Below are positions 10,799-22,448 of a stretch of 64,000 nucleotides of DNA, piece by piece (position 1 is the first letter of the stretch; every line of letters starts with the position of its first letter). The notes beneath the pieces are model-generated. The model searched no databases. It was not told the DNA's origin and was given only the letters and a program-made list of their open reading frames with translations. The stretch spans positions 2,790,001 through 2,854,000 of the forward strand of contig OX337237.1 in the NCBI GenBank assembly GCA_946965045.2, in the 5' to 3' direction. The stretch is from Epithemia pelagica (lineage: Eukaryota; Protista; Bacillariophyta). The position numbers and the translations under genes were made by a program.

Positions 10799-13132
10799 GT
10801 GCTGGGGCTCGGGGGGGGGGGGGATAGTGGTCAGATTTCCTTCCTTCCTTCTGATTCCACGGACCTTTCGACAGCTACTCCCATGAAGACGACTGTTACG
10901 GAACCCTCAGGCACGGGCGATTTCTCGTCTACAAGTAAGTTCGGAATTACCTTCCTCTCCGACGAAACTGCCCAGGAAAAGATCCTTTGTTTGGGAATCA
11001 AGCGAGGGGGGAACACCTTTTGCATAGACCCCAAGTGCTCCAAAGCCGGGGACCATGGAACAGGTTTACCCCCCTTTGACTTGTCTCAAACCAGCGGAGG
11101 ATTCATTATGAAGAACTCGGCATCCGCCTTCTGCTCGCCAGTCATTCCTCTTGATTCTATTCCGTCCGAAATCAAGAACAAGCTCCTCCAAGAAAAGCAT
11201 ACGGTGGATGACTGGATGAAGAAGTCCCTAGCTATCAAGCGCTTCGCGTTGATCAAAAAGGAACAAGGAGAAACAGCTGAGAACCTTGAAGAGTCGGAAG
11301 CTCGTGTCATCAAGATCACGGACTCTTCGACACCGTACACTGTTTCGAAACGTTTCGCAACTTCAAATCCGTCTTTTGTAGTTGAAAATTTCTCTCCTCA
11401 TCGAAAAATCCTCGGCGGAAATCTGCAAGAGGTGACAACCAAGATCCGAGAAGACCCAAGCATGATCCCAATGGTATTGCGGGAGATCGAGGATTCTATG
11501 ATGGAAGCTGGAGAGTTGATCCGTGCTATCTCCTCTGACCAGGTAAAGGCAAAACAAGAAGTCGTTGATAATGTTGAAGCCTTGGGGTTGCAACTGGAAA
11601 AGCTACACATGGAAATCGGACCGAGGGAAAACATTAATGAGGTTTTTCAAGCCCCAACAATTTGGGGTGTCCTTCAAGCCATTACCAACTCAATTACGTG
11701 GAGTGATTCAACTTCGGGGGGAGTCAACCAAGACTCACTCCGATCCATGGAATCGTTTGTCAAGTCCAAGATCGGTGATCTAGACATTCAAATCAACAAC
11801 ATGTCGACTCATTTCAAGACGCTTCATTTGCAAACACGAAACGATTTACAGACCGTGTCCACGGATGCTAAGGCCATGGTGGATTCCCTTTGTTCTCACT
11901 TGGTCAAAGGCTTCCAAGGCCTCATCAGTCGAATGTCTACGGTGGAGCTGTCGGTGCAGATAATTCAACAGAACGGGATAAACAATCCAAGCAACTCGAT
12001 GTCGAGCGGTACTTTGGGAAACTTGACCCCGCAACAACAAATCGATTGGTTGGCTAAAACCAGCAAGCTGGAGGCAGAAATCCAAGGACTAAAAGCTGTC
12101 CTCCAACAGGGACAAGCGGATTTTCAACGTTTGAAGTCTAAGATGGATACAACAGCGATCAAGTTTGGAAACTTGGGTTTGTCGACAGTGGGCGACTGCA
12201 AAGCATGGGTCGCTATGAAGTTTGGCTCCAGGGCATATGGATTGTTCTTCGACTTGCCTTTGGTTTTGGAATGGTGTGCCTCCCAGGAGCATGGCGACGT
12301 TTTGTCCATGCTTACGACAATGGAAAAAAGGCACAAGATGCAAATCGCTACTACAAATGAAGCGAGATCTCTTTATGCCATGAAGCTTGAGTTTCCACAG
12401 ATTCTTTACAAAGATCTGCCTGGAACCGGCCGAGACCCGTCTTTCTTAACAGCTATAAAAGACTATGAAGATTGGGAGGCTCCAGAAACAGGAGTCCGAG
12501 ATAGAATCATCAACAAGATCGGCAATATGCAATCCATGTTTGGAGAACAGATCGCAATCACAATGTCGGGTGAACCCAAAGCCCGTGCCTTGGCTACCTC
12601 GATGCTGTCGGTCTCAATTGGATGTTGTCGTGAGCTTGTGAATTATTTTGACGAAACAATGAACGAGCTTACGATGAAATCGAAATTCACCACACGCAAG
12701 GCTTTTAGCCTGGTAACGCAAGTGGTTCGACGCTTCTTCTTGGACCTCTACAAGGTGAGGGCTCAAGTCTATTCGTCGATTTCAACCTCGGATCAAAGTG
12801 GTCAATGTGTGTGGATCCTCTATGGGGTGCTTCGAACCCACGACGTCATGGCAGAATATTCTACCGCGCGTTTCAAGAATCACCCGTCCGTTTCCAGTGA
12901 ATATATTCGGTTCCTGTCGACGAACTCAGGATTTGAATCCCTAAAAACACTGGAGGACAAGGTGGACTCTCTCAAACAAAACATGCAAACGGCCACCAAA
13001 GAATGTCATGCGGCGAAGAAAGCAGCTGATACTGCTAATAGCACTGTGGACTCAGTCAAAAAGGACGTGGCTGAGTTGAAGAAAGCGAACAAACGCCGTG
13101 GCGGAAACAACAGCAACAACAACAGCGATTGA
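10799..13132 (+). CDS. Gag-like ORF1 of YR retroelement 1
   Basis: N-terminal C-x10-C-x4-C-x5-H, coiled coils, and C-terminal YGVLRTHDVMAEY...F..HP matching WGTLRAHETMKEY...F..HP of element 2. Confidence 0.7.
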   Translation: MLGLGGGGDSGQISFLPSDSTDLSTATPMKTTVTEPSGTGDFSSTSKFGITFLSDETAQEKILCLGIKRGGNTFCIDPKCSKAGDHGTGLPPFDLSQTSGGFIMKNSASAFCSPVIPLDSIPSEIKNKLLQEKHTVDDWMKKSLAIKRFALIKKEQGETAENLEESEARVIKITDSSTPYTVSKRFATSNPSFVVENFSPHRKILGGNLQEVTTKIREDPSMIPMVLREIEDSMMEAGELIRAISSDQVKAKQEVVDNVEALGLQLEKLHMEIGPRENINEVFQAPTIWGVLQAITNSITWSDSTSGGVNQDSLRSMESFVKSKIGDLDIQINNMSTHFKTLHLQTRNDLQTVSTDAKAMVDSLCSHLVKGFQGLISRMSTVELSVQIIQQNGINNPSNSMSSGTLGNLTPQQQIDWLAKTSKLEAEIQGLKAVLQQGQADFQRLKSKMDTTAIKFGNLGLSTVGDCKAWVAMKFGSRAYGLFFDLPLVLEWCASQEHGDVLSMLTTMEKRHKMQIATTNEARSLYAMKLEFPQILYKDLPGTGRDPSFLTAIKDYEDWEAPETGVRDRIINKIGNMQSMFGEQIAITMSGEPKARALATSMLSVSIGCCRELVNYFDETMNELTMKSKFTTRKAFSLVTQVVRRFFLDLYKVRAQVYSSISTSDQSGQCVWILYGVLRTHDVMAEYSTARFKNHPSVSSEYIRFLSTNSGFESLKTLEDKVDSLKQNMQTATKECHAAKKAADTANSTVDSVKKDVAELKKANKRRGGNNSNNNSD

Positions 13133-13156
13133 CAAGAAGGAGCATCTAAATTAGGA

Positions 13157-16100
13157 ATGGACATTTCACCATCTGTCTCTGCCGATTTAGATGCTCTAAG
13201 TGAAGCCTCCACTATTAGTTCCGGCCGTCTTCTACAATGTGGCGACAAACCGCGAGCACGGTCGCATCCCCCTTGTGAGGTTACAATTCAACGATCCGTT
13301 CGACGAATGGTGGACCGCGGCGTGAAAACTTTTCGTGCTGACGTCTCTTGTCTTCTCTTGGGACAAAGTTCCTGGTATTGGGGCTTGGCGTTGAACCAAG
13401 GGGATTGGAGTGGGATCTACATGCTGGCCAGCGATTATGAGGCCAGACGCACCAACCCCTTTTGGCATTCGGTTGCCAAACAGTTAGAACCAAAATTGCA
13501 CCTTGTGCCCAGCATCAACTTCATCCTGGGCCGAGGCTTGATTTCCTTGGTATTGATTGAAGGAGATCCAACGTATTTGGGGTCTACCTTACCTCATATA
13601 CCGTCCGATTGGCCTGTCCTGATGCTTCTTCCTGCGGGTTGGTCACGTCCGTCCATCCCTGACGTGCACTGGCTCGCCGTGAGTCACACACGTTGTGGCG
13701 GTGTCACTACGGCCAGAGTCAATATTGGCCGTCGCAATCTCCCTCCTTTGCACTTTCAGGTGGAGGTTCGGCAGTCTATTTCCTCGATTCTCGATCACTC
13801 AGTTCGGCCGACGTCTTGCTCAGCTGTCGGGCCATCTCAACCATGTTACCCGCAACACAGTCAACTTTACGTCCGCGATTTGAAGCGTCATGTTTTGGTG
13901 CCCACAACGTTCTACAAGACTGGGTGGGGCCACCGTCCCCTTACCCCCGCCGAGTTAGGATCCGCTTTTGATCTCCCCTTGTGGCTGCCTCCTACCTCGG
14001 ACGCCCATGCTTGGGGGCACAACCATGTGATGGGGGCGCGTTTTGTCCCTATCAAGATCCCTGCTGCTGTGTTGGGCGGTGCCGTCCCTCATTTGGAACC
14101 GGTCTATGTACATCATCTGGATCGAGCCGGGGAAAAGCGTGACGGGCCTCCTCCTCATTCTCCTCTGACGCCCAAACGTCTGCGAGTTTCGCCACCCATG
14201 GATGCTACGACGCGTGATGGTCAACCGGGCACGAGGTTTGCTCCCATTCGTGCTTTCCTGCCCCACTCAGCTTGGCTGGACGACTCACTCATTGCAACCA
14301 AAGCTACTAAGGCGGACGATGCGGAAGCCCCCTATGCTTTGTGGGATGGTCGCATTCGTGGCGTGTTTCCTTGGGTTACTGATCGGGCCTTAGCTGGGTT
14401 TCGCACTCTTGGCCTTTGGTGGTGGCGACGTTTTTTGTACCGTAGTTTTGTGTGTTATGTCCGAAATCGGTTCGGGATGAATTGGCTGTCGCTTCTACCA
14501 GCGGCGCGCCAGCGCCAGGGGGGGGGGGGGGGGGGTGGTGATGTTTTCTCTTTGCTTGAGGTCTGCATAGCTGGGCGTTCGGTTCTTTCTCAATTGCTCG
14601 CGGCCTCCTGGTGGGATTGGGACCACGGCTCCTCCCTGATCTTTTGGCGGTGGAACGGCCAACAACAACGCCGCCAAACTCGCCAAGGTCCTATCACGTG
14701 GCTATTTTGACACCGATGCATCCATCCTTAGTTTAACCGACTACTTCGATGTCCCCAAGGGTGACACCGACATCCGGATGGTTTATAATGGAACCAGCTC
14801 CGGCCTCAACGATTCCTTGTGGGCTCCAAATTTCTGGCTTCCGACGGCGGAAACTTCATTGCGCCTTTTAACAACCGCTTCGTACTGTGGAGACATGGAC
14901 CTAGGGGAAATGTTTCTCAACTTCCCCATGGACCACAATCTGCGTCCTTTCGCCGGTGTGGATCTACGCCCCATCAAAGACTTGTTCCCTTCGGAGCTTT
15001 TGGAGGCGGGATGTGCAGACAAAGTCCGCTGGAACCGCCTGTTTATGGGCATGCTCCCAAGCCCTTTTCACGCGGTGGAACAGTTTTAATTGGCTGAGGA
15101 AGTCGCTAGAGGCTCCCCTCATGACTTGCTTAACCCCTGCGGATTCGATGAGGTTCGGTTTAACATTCCGGGCTCGGCCGATTATTCTCCAGTACGGCCT
15201 TGGGTGATGAAGTGGAACTCCCGAACTAACTCCATCGCCGGTGATTCGGTTACATACATGGACGACATTCGAATTGTCGGGTCGTCGGCAGAAAACGCAT
15301 GGCAGGTGGGTAGACAACTGGCTTCACGTCTCCAATATTTCGGCATTCAGGACGCGCCGAGGAAACGTCGTCCGCCCTCCAAGACCCCGGGAGCATGGGC
15401 TGGGTCGGTCCAGCATATTTCAGACACTGCTGTGTCCAAGACGGTCACACAAGCGAAGTGGAAAAAAGGGAAAGGAATCATTCGACTGTACAAAGAGGCT
15501 TTCAAGAACAGTGATTCCCCGTCCTTTTCGCACAAGTAAATGCAACGCGACGTCGGGTTCCTGGTGCATCTAGCAATGACTTATGCTTGCATGATGCCTT
15601 TCCTTAGGGGTTTCTACCTGTCCATGAACTTGTGGCGAGGAGGACGCAACAAGGAAGGATGGAAACTTTCAGCGAGGGAATGGATTACAGAACTGCAGGA
15701 AAAACTCGACACTCGAGAATACGACACGCTCTGCGGCTTTGGGAATGACGTAGAGAAATCATTCGACCAACGCGAAAAGGAAGACCTTCAACCTCCACCT
15801 CAAATATCCGGTGTCCCAAGACTCAAGGCAGATGTTGAGGCACTGTCAGCTCTTTTTGACTGTGACACTCCCCCAATCATCAAGGTCCGATGCAAAACCA
15901 TCTTTATTGCCTTATACGGATCTGGCGACGCGTCTGGAGCCGGATTCGGATCCGCCATCCAGCTGCCGCAAAAGGGATTGTCTTACCGAATTGGCGTCTG
16001 GGATAGTGACGTTGTGGTGGGAGAGTCTTCAAACTGGAGAGAGTTTACCAACTGTGTGGAGGCTCTGGAGGAGGAAGCGAGGAAAGGGACTTTGAAATCC

Positions 16101-16952
16101 TCGGAAGTATTTTTCTTCACCGACAACTCAACGGTGGAACGGTGCTTTTACAAGGGGTCCTCCTCCAGCCCCAAACTCCTAGACCTGGTGATCCGCCTAA
16201 GACGACTAGAAATGGCACACTCGTTGCGGTTACACATTTCACATGTGTCAGGTAAAAGAATGATTGCGTGGGGTGTGGATGGTATTTCCAGAGGTCAGAT
16301 GAACGAAGGCGTCATGGCGGGTCAACCGATGCTGGCATTCATCCCACTGCACAAAACACCAATTCAAATGTCAGACTCCCTTATGGGATGGGTAAAGTCA
16401 TGGCTGGGGCCAAAGACGGAATGGCTTACCCCCATGGACTGGTTTACAACCGCCCACGACATCAGAGGCTGGACAATGCCTACTGAAGCAAACAAACTGT
16501 CCCTGCCAATACTGAGGCCAGGACACTTTGTTTGGAGTCCTCCTGCGGGCGCAGCGGATGCCGCCCTGGAAGAACTCAGGAAGATTAGACACAAGAGACA
16601 AAAGTCTACTCATGTCTTTCTATGTCATCGTCTGCTTACTCCCCGCTGGTACAGACTGATGCACAAAGCTTGTGATCTCGTTATTACCATTCCGGCTGGA
16701 ACGTCGTTTTGGCCTCGTGACAACTATGAACCTCTCATCGTTGGTTTTGCCTTCCCTTTTCTTAGGTCAAAGCCGTGGCAACTGCGCGGCACGCCAAAAA
16801 TGTTCGCAGTGGAGAGGAAGTTGCGAGAAATGTGGAAAAACGATGAACTGGGTGGACGGGATCTTTTGCGGAAACTTTGCATTCAGTGTTGGAAACTGGC
16901 CACCATGTCGGAAAACATGGTGTCCAGGGTGTTATTTTTCGAGCGAAGATGA
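13157..16952 (+). pseudogene. pol of YR retroelement 1 (N-terminal module, RT, RNase H, DIRS-type post-RNase H domain)
   Basis: YFDVPKGDTDIRMVYNGT, DMDLGEMFLNF, MGMLPSPF, YMDD, GDASG, SSNWRE, FFTDNS, GVDGISRG, WSPP. Frameshifting deletion near 14660; in-frame TAA at 15087 and 15537. Confidence 0.9.
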
Positions 16953-18317
16953 CGGTTTCTACATTGCTAGCAAAAATACATCCTACGGGCAAGATGATCA
17001 AGATCGGCTAGTTTCAGAAAGTTGGAAGCAGCAATCTCGAGACAGATCCGAAGACTTTTTGAAAGCAAGAAAGGGTGACCATTTGATCACCCCGTTTGAG
17101 TGTGATTTTTGAATCTTTCGCAAGCTGCGATTGAGAGACCCGGATCGTACAAACGTGCAAGACAACTATCTCATGATTTGCATCAGACGAATGAATCTCG
17201 ATGCCTTTTGGCGTAGAGCTCCCAGCACAGTAAAACAAAATGCAACCTTGGTGAAGCGTATGATTGAAAGCTCGGCAAAAGTAGGGATTCCGCATGGGCC
17301 GTTTGAAAGAGCAATTGTGGATACCACATAGCATTTCTCATGCTTGATGACTCGAGGAACCAAGGAAAATATCACAAGACTCATAAGCAATTTGATTCGG
17401 TGAGAAGAATCCGGTCGGCATTCTCAAACTTTGTTCGGACAACTCCTTCCACCTTGATGGGGCCGGCGTCTATGGTATTGGTGGACAACAATGGCAAGAC
17501 CGCGAGCAGGATTGGAAACGACGAAAGTGGCTCTCTCTGGTTCTCAAGATTTGCAGAAGGTCTTAAAAGAAGAATGGGTCAAGACTGGCGACCTGACCAG
17601 GCAATCACCCCGGATTTGCTACTAGCGGTACTCTCCTCGGTAGAACAAACGGTCGTGGACTCGGAGTCGTTGGAGTGGCAATACACGCAAATCATGGCGG
17701 GTACCTTTTTTGTGATAGCTTACGTATTGTCGCTAAGAGGGCCCGAAGGTTTTCTTCTGGACTTGGAAGGTCTCCGTCGACATGGAGACTCTCTTCGGCA
17801 TCGGGCTAGCTGCGTGGTTATAGCATTGTGGGGTCAATTCAAGGGCGAAAACGCTGAAAGAGCGCACTTGCTTCCTTGTTGCGATATTACAGGGAGTGGC
17901 ATTCCAGTTCGGACTTGGGTTCGACGAGCGGTTCTTTTGGCTCAGGATAACAACAAAACCAAGGGACCACTGATGACTCATAGAGATGGAAAAAAGATAT
18001 CATCTCGGGATATTGATGAAATATTCCACTTCCATTTGACGCAGGTGTGGAATCAAAGCCCCCATCTGTTTCCCTCTCACGCGATCAGTGACGAGGAAGA
18101 CATTGTGAACAAGTACTCAAAGTTTCGATCCTTCAGGAGAGGATCAAATACCCGGGCGAAAGAAATGAACGTATCGATTCCTGACACAGACATCATCAAC
18201 AGATGGCGCGTTAAAGAATCAGCAGGAACAAGAAAAGAAGGCGGGTCCATGGATCAAACCTACACCGATCCGGCCCTGTTGTTGGCGCCTTTCCTTCGTT
18301 ACACCCAACAGATGTGA
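16672..18317 (+). pseudogene. Tyrosine recombinase of element 1 with Cys-rich N-terminus, overlapping pol in another frame
   Basis: LSLRGPEG (R), GQFKGE (K), RSFRRGS, INRW, QTYTD (Y). TGA at 17110 and a frameshift near 17310. Confidence 0.85.
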
Positions 18318-18873
18318 AAGAACATGACAGATTCGAAGTGGGGGGTACAGAGACCAACAGGATACCCTGATGCCGACATGGCAAGGCTCAGGCTCCTGCT
18401 CCTTGGGCTCTGGCTGGAAGTTCTTTGTGAGTTGCCCGCCTCCTTCCCTCCGTGGGCTGATTGTATGGTGCTACCTGATCAGGCCTGGAGGGAACTAAGG
18501 GAGGAACAACGGGAATCCTGCAATTGTTCTTCGAGTTGGACCTTTTGGAAGCGGTCTCCACTTTCTTTGGAAACAAAGTTGGTGACCTCTGAGTGGAAAG
18601 AGGGTGACCCTATTCCCCCCACAACATGAAGCAGATCAACTCTGTGGATTGAGCGAATCTAATGTTAACTCAAAAGTGTTCTACTCTACTCTGCCCTTCG
18701 TTCCGGTTAGAACTGCAATGGATGACAAATCCATCTCGACATGGCGAAGAGGTGGGAGCTTGGGAAGGATTCAAAGGCCCCCGAAAGAGTAGGGTACTGG
18801 GTAGGAGTACTGGTACTGCCCCCGAAATATGATTTTATCCGTAGGAGTATTATTATATATTATTTGTCATTTG

Positions 18874-19704
18874 GTACTTCGCTAGCTCTAGATTCTCTAG
18901 ATGGCAACTTCGGTAGCCACACCCCCTAGCGGGGGTGTTTTTGAGGTTGTAATTTCGTTGAAACACCCCCATCTCTCTGGTAGAAAAATAACCTGTTTCT
19001 AGTCGGCAGGCATATCTCATTCCATCCATCGCGATAACAACACGGACCTCGGTGTTGCACCTGTTGTTGTGCACCTATTTTGACACTTGGTACCTGTCGG
19101 TCGAGTCATAGGCCTCTAACCAATAGCGTAGGATACGTCTGCATGGCCAAAATATGAAGGTTGAGTCTATTGTGGAGCTGGTTCACAGGCACCATGCCTC
19201 GTGGCACGGTCATACGGAAGCAACGCCTCACCATTGCGAACGAAGCATCTCAGAGGGATGTATGGCTCTTATCATTCATTGTTTCGACACCTAATGGTAC
19301 ACAATATACATAACAGTAGTAACGGAGTATATCGACAGCAGGACCTCTATTCCCATGTGTTTTTGGGGCCATCATGGTCTCGTGTCGTGCCATAATGCTG
19401 GCCCACTATTTTCATCCTTGCCTAGAGTGACCCTCATGCACTGTGCCGCTCACAATGCACTACCATGGTACTAATATGAATTACACGATGGTCGGATCAT
19501 GATGGGGTGATCATAGGAGGTCACCAGCAACAACAAAGTTTGATTGTCGTGTTGTTATCGTGGTTGTGAAAATGAGATATGCCTGCCGACTAGACCAGAC
19601 ACCAGAGAGATGGGGGTGGCTACACGAAATTAAACCCTCTTAGCCACCCCCGCTAGGGAGTGCGGTAGCCATTAGCCATAGAGCTCTACTACCTAGAGAA
19701 GTAC
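18874..19704. mobile_element. MITE/foldback-like non-autonomous element with ~170-bp imperfect TIRs
   Basis: Exact inverted blocks: 18999-19021 vs 19571-19593 (23 nt) and 18965-18981 vs 19601-19617 (17 nt). Also ccctagcgggggtg (14 nt), cgataacaacacg (13 nt) and terminal gtacttc/gaagtac. No convincing ORF. Confidence 0.75.
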
Positions 19705-19875
19705 GATATTTTTGAGTCTCAATGTCTACTGTCTACAGCGCACTTTAGGTAAGGTTAGGAGTACTTCTCTCTACGTTGAGTCTCTACCTACTACCTACCT
19801 AGAACCTAGACACACTAGCTAGAGGAGAGAGGTAGTTAGAGTTCGGGGAGCTACTGCTTCCGCCGTTTATTGTTA

Positions 19876-19911
19876 TGTGGAGTGTGGAGTGTGTGGAGTG
19901 TGGAGTGTGGA
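19876..19911 (+). repeat. (GTGTGGA)n heptamer microsatellite
   Basis: About 5 imperfect copies. Confidence 0.8.
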
Positions 19912-20245
19912 CAGCTCAATCTTTTCAGCGACCAAATTCCCCCGAAAACAAAAGAAAAAATCGCATGATACAGACCCAGCAAGAATACTGTCGGTCTTGT
20001 GTCTTGTTCATTGTTGGATCTTCTTGCCTCTTGCCACATGCCACATGATCAAGAACAGCACTACGAATCTCATAATACAATTATCATCTTGCTACGAGTC
20101 TACGTCTACGAGTACCAGAAGAGAGAGGTTGGTTTTTGTAGACGTTGTGCTCGGGAGATCTTTGATCGCGTCGCTCTTCTCCCTACCCGATTCCATAGTA
20201 CTCATAATAATATTATTATATTCCATCCGGCGTATCCGGTATCCG

Positions 20246-20287
20246 GTCTGGAGTCTGGAGTCTGGAGTCTGGAGTCTGGAGTCTGGA
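20246..20287 (+). repeat. (GTCTGGA)6 heptamer microsatellite
   Basis: Six perfect copies. Confidence 0.9.
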
Positions 20288-20867
20288 ATCTGACGCTGCT
20301 CGCTGATTTACGAGCATGAGAACGAGTTACCCCCTAGCAGGGGCGAGTAGCGGAATCCCGCCTGAGTCGGAAAAAAGAGGCATTCCTATTCTCAATTCTC
20401 ACCCCCACGGTACTCCATCCTCACTCTTCCAAAACATCGCACCACAAATCATTCCCACTGCGTTCATCAACCTGATAACACTATATTAAAGTACTTAACC
20501 AACACTGGGGGGGGTAAGGCCCCCCACCCATTCAATCCCGTTTAGGGAGGGATCCGGAATCGCGCCGCCTCCAGATTCTGAACAATGCACGTCTGCTGTG
20601 GGCGAGCGTGTATCCAACCAGTGAGCCATTCTCCTTTTACTCACATAGTGAGCCTGCTCTCTCGAAATCTCTTCGCAGTAGTACAGTAGTCAGTTGCTGT
20701 AGGGTGCCACCCCCCAGCGCCCAACTTGGAGAAACAGCCCTCCAATCTTCAACAGTCAAGCTGACAACAACAAGCGACCTGTACATGTACCACTAGGTAG
20801 TACAGTCGAGTCTTCACCCCGTGTGGTCGTTTCTTCCATATCTTATCATCCATCTCACTCTTCATTC

Positions 20868-22448
20868 TCACATCGTCTCCGAAAATCTAACCAAAGCTTC
20901 CACCGATGCCTTTGCATCGGTGTATCGCTCCACCATGGTCATTGATGGTAAGATTCCTTGACCTCTCAAATCCTTTCTCCATCGATTGTTTGCCTCTAAC
21001 ACTTCTGTCGGTATCCCCCGATTCTGCGCCTCTGTTGTTGCGCCTCTTCTCAACGATCGTCGGACACTGTATGCTTCTTCAATCTTTGTTGTGTCCGAGA
21101 TCAACTGAGGAAATCGGTGTTGGATTCGCTTCCACAGATCGTGAAACAACACATCCAAGTCACCCACCAAAGCTCTCGCAATTTGTCCTTTACGCTTCTT
21201 GTTTACCCGAAACAACGGGCCCGTGGTCACTTGGACTGCGTCCCAACTCCTGATGGCTCTTTCAAACCACACTCGCACTTCAATCCCAGAGCTTGTCTTG
21301 TCTGCCAAGGGATGAATATATATTCTGAATGTTCCGTTGGTTTGCTTGAAGCGACCCGCGAGTGCCAATGGTACGTGTTTCTTGCGAGGGTACTCGAGTC
21401 CTTCCTCCCAATATTTTCTCATTAAACCGATGTCGATCTGGGGAATTTCTTCTCCCCTCAAACCTGCTACGAAGCCAGCCACAATCAACGCTCCTGTCAA
21501 AGCTACCTCTCTTTTGCGCACGCCTTGCAATCCACCTCGCCATTCATCCTCCAAGATGGAGAGTCCTGCCTTGACTTCGTCCAACGTTGTCGCCTGGTCT
21601 GGAATCCAGACATCACCCATCCTCCGATGACAACCAGTCATGAAGCGTTTATACCAGTGGGAGTTTGTCGGGCTCCCGCTAAAGAACAAGCCGCCTCTCT
21701 CCCCATAACCAACCGTCGCCAAACCTGTTCCCCCCGGAAGGTTGTGGTAAAAATTTGACACAGCCGATCGCACCTTCCAAGCTGTCTCGAACTGAATGCG
21801 ACGAGCGTTGCGGCCCGGGTTCATTGTCTTCATGAGCATAAGGCAGGCTACATTGAGTCCTTGTTCGTTTCCGATGGGGCATGGGCCTCTTTGCGGCAAA
21901 GGCTCTTCCAAACCCATTGCCTCACCAGTCTCGACGAGTCCCTTCACCTCCCGCCAATTTTTCTCTACCGTCGTCCTCTCACGTGACCAAAACGCATCCA
22001 AGATCGCTCTTCTGATACAGAGCAGCAGTAGTTTATCCGCTTCTTTCTGCTCATTCGGGAATTGTCCCTGCAAGTTGAAGAAGCTGCATTCGTCGCTCTG
22101 GAACGTCACCATCAAATCATCACCAATCCGCGCCTCCTGAAAACGCATCTCGTCGTCAGCCATCTCGCCGTGCAGCTCGGTATCCAACAACGCATCATCC
22201 AAGTCACCTGCCTCGTATACAGGGAACTTGTCCTCTGCCAGTTGACAGTAACACCTTGCATGCCATATACCACAACACGTTCTACTCGTCCCCCTTGTAC
22301 TCCCAAAGTTGGAGCAAACAATCCCAGACAGCGGTTGGACCGGATGTCCACAGTTCTTGCAATTCCCCGTCCACTTTGTCCAATAGCGTCTTTTTTCGTT
22401 TGACCTGCCAAGGTTGACTGTAAAGAAAGGGGCAAACAAAAGCAACAA
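20868..22448 (-). CDS. Tyrosine recombinase of element 2, apparently intact, with N-terminal Cys/His cluster
   Basis: AGLRGEE (R), GRFKQ (K), RRSLRRGA, NNRW, ERYTD (Y). N-terminus W.GNCKNCG...C.NF...CCGIWHARCY. Confidence 0.9.
   Translation of the reverse strand: MLLLFAPFFTVNLGRSNEKRRYWTKWTGNCKNCGHPVQPLSGIVCSNFGSTRGTSRTCCGIWHARCYCQLAEDKFPVYEAGDLDDALLDTELHGEMADDEMRFQEARIGDDLMVTFQSDECSFFNLQGQFPNEQKEADKLLLLCIRRAILDAFWSRERTTVEKNWREVKGLVETGEAMGLEEPLPQRGPCPIGNEQGLNVACLMLMKTMNPGRNARRIQFETAWKVRSAVSNFYHNLPGGTGLATVGYGERGGLFFSGSPTNSHWYKRFMTGCHRRMGDVWIPDQATTLDEVKAGLSILEDEWRGGLQGVRKREVALTGALIVAGFVAGLRGEEIPQIDIGLMRKYWEEGLEYPRKKHVPLALAGRFKQTNGTFRIYIHPLADKTSSGIEVRVWFERAIRSWDAVQVTTGPLFRVNKKRKGQIARALVGDLDVLFHDLWKRIQHRFPQLISDTTKIEEAYSVRRSLRRGATTEAQNRGIPTEVLEANNRWRKDLRGQGILPSMTMVERYTDAKASVEALVRFSETM

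Larger units (their letters stand above)
10560..18740 (+). mobile_element. Tyrosine-recombinase retrotransposon (DIRS/Ngaro-like), copy 1, decayed; ends approximate
   Basis: Order gag-like ORF, pol (RT, RNase H), YR. Homologous along its length to the element at 20.9-28.5 kb. Terminal repeats not resolved. Confidence 0.85.

Noticed and set aside
19876-20287. Heptamer arrays as CRISPR or telomere repeats
   Set aside because: No spacers, short and interstitial; similar 6-7-mer runs occur at 35.9 kb and 37.1-37.3 kb. Ordinary microsatellites.
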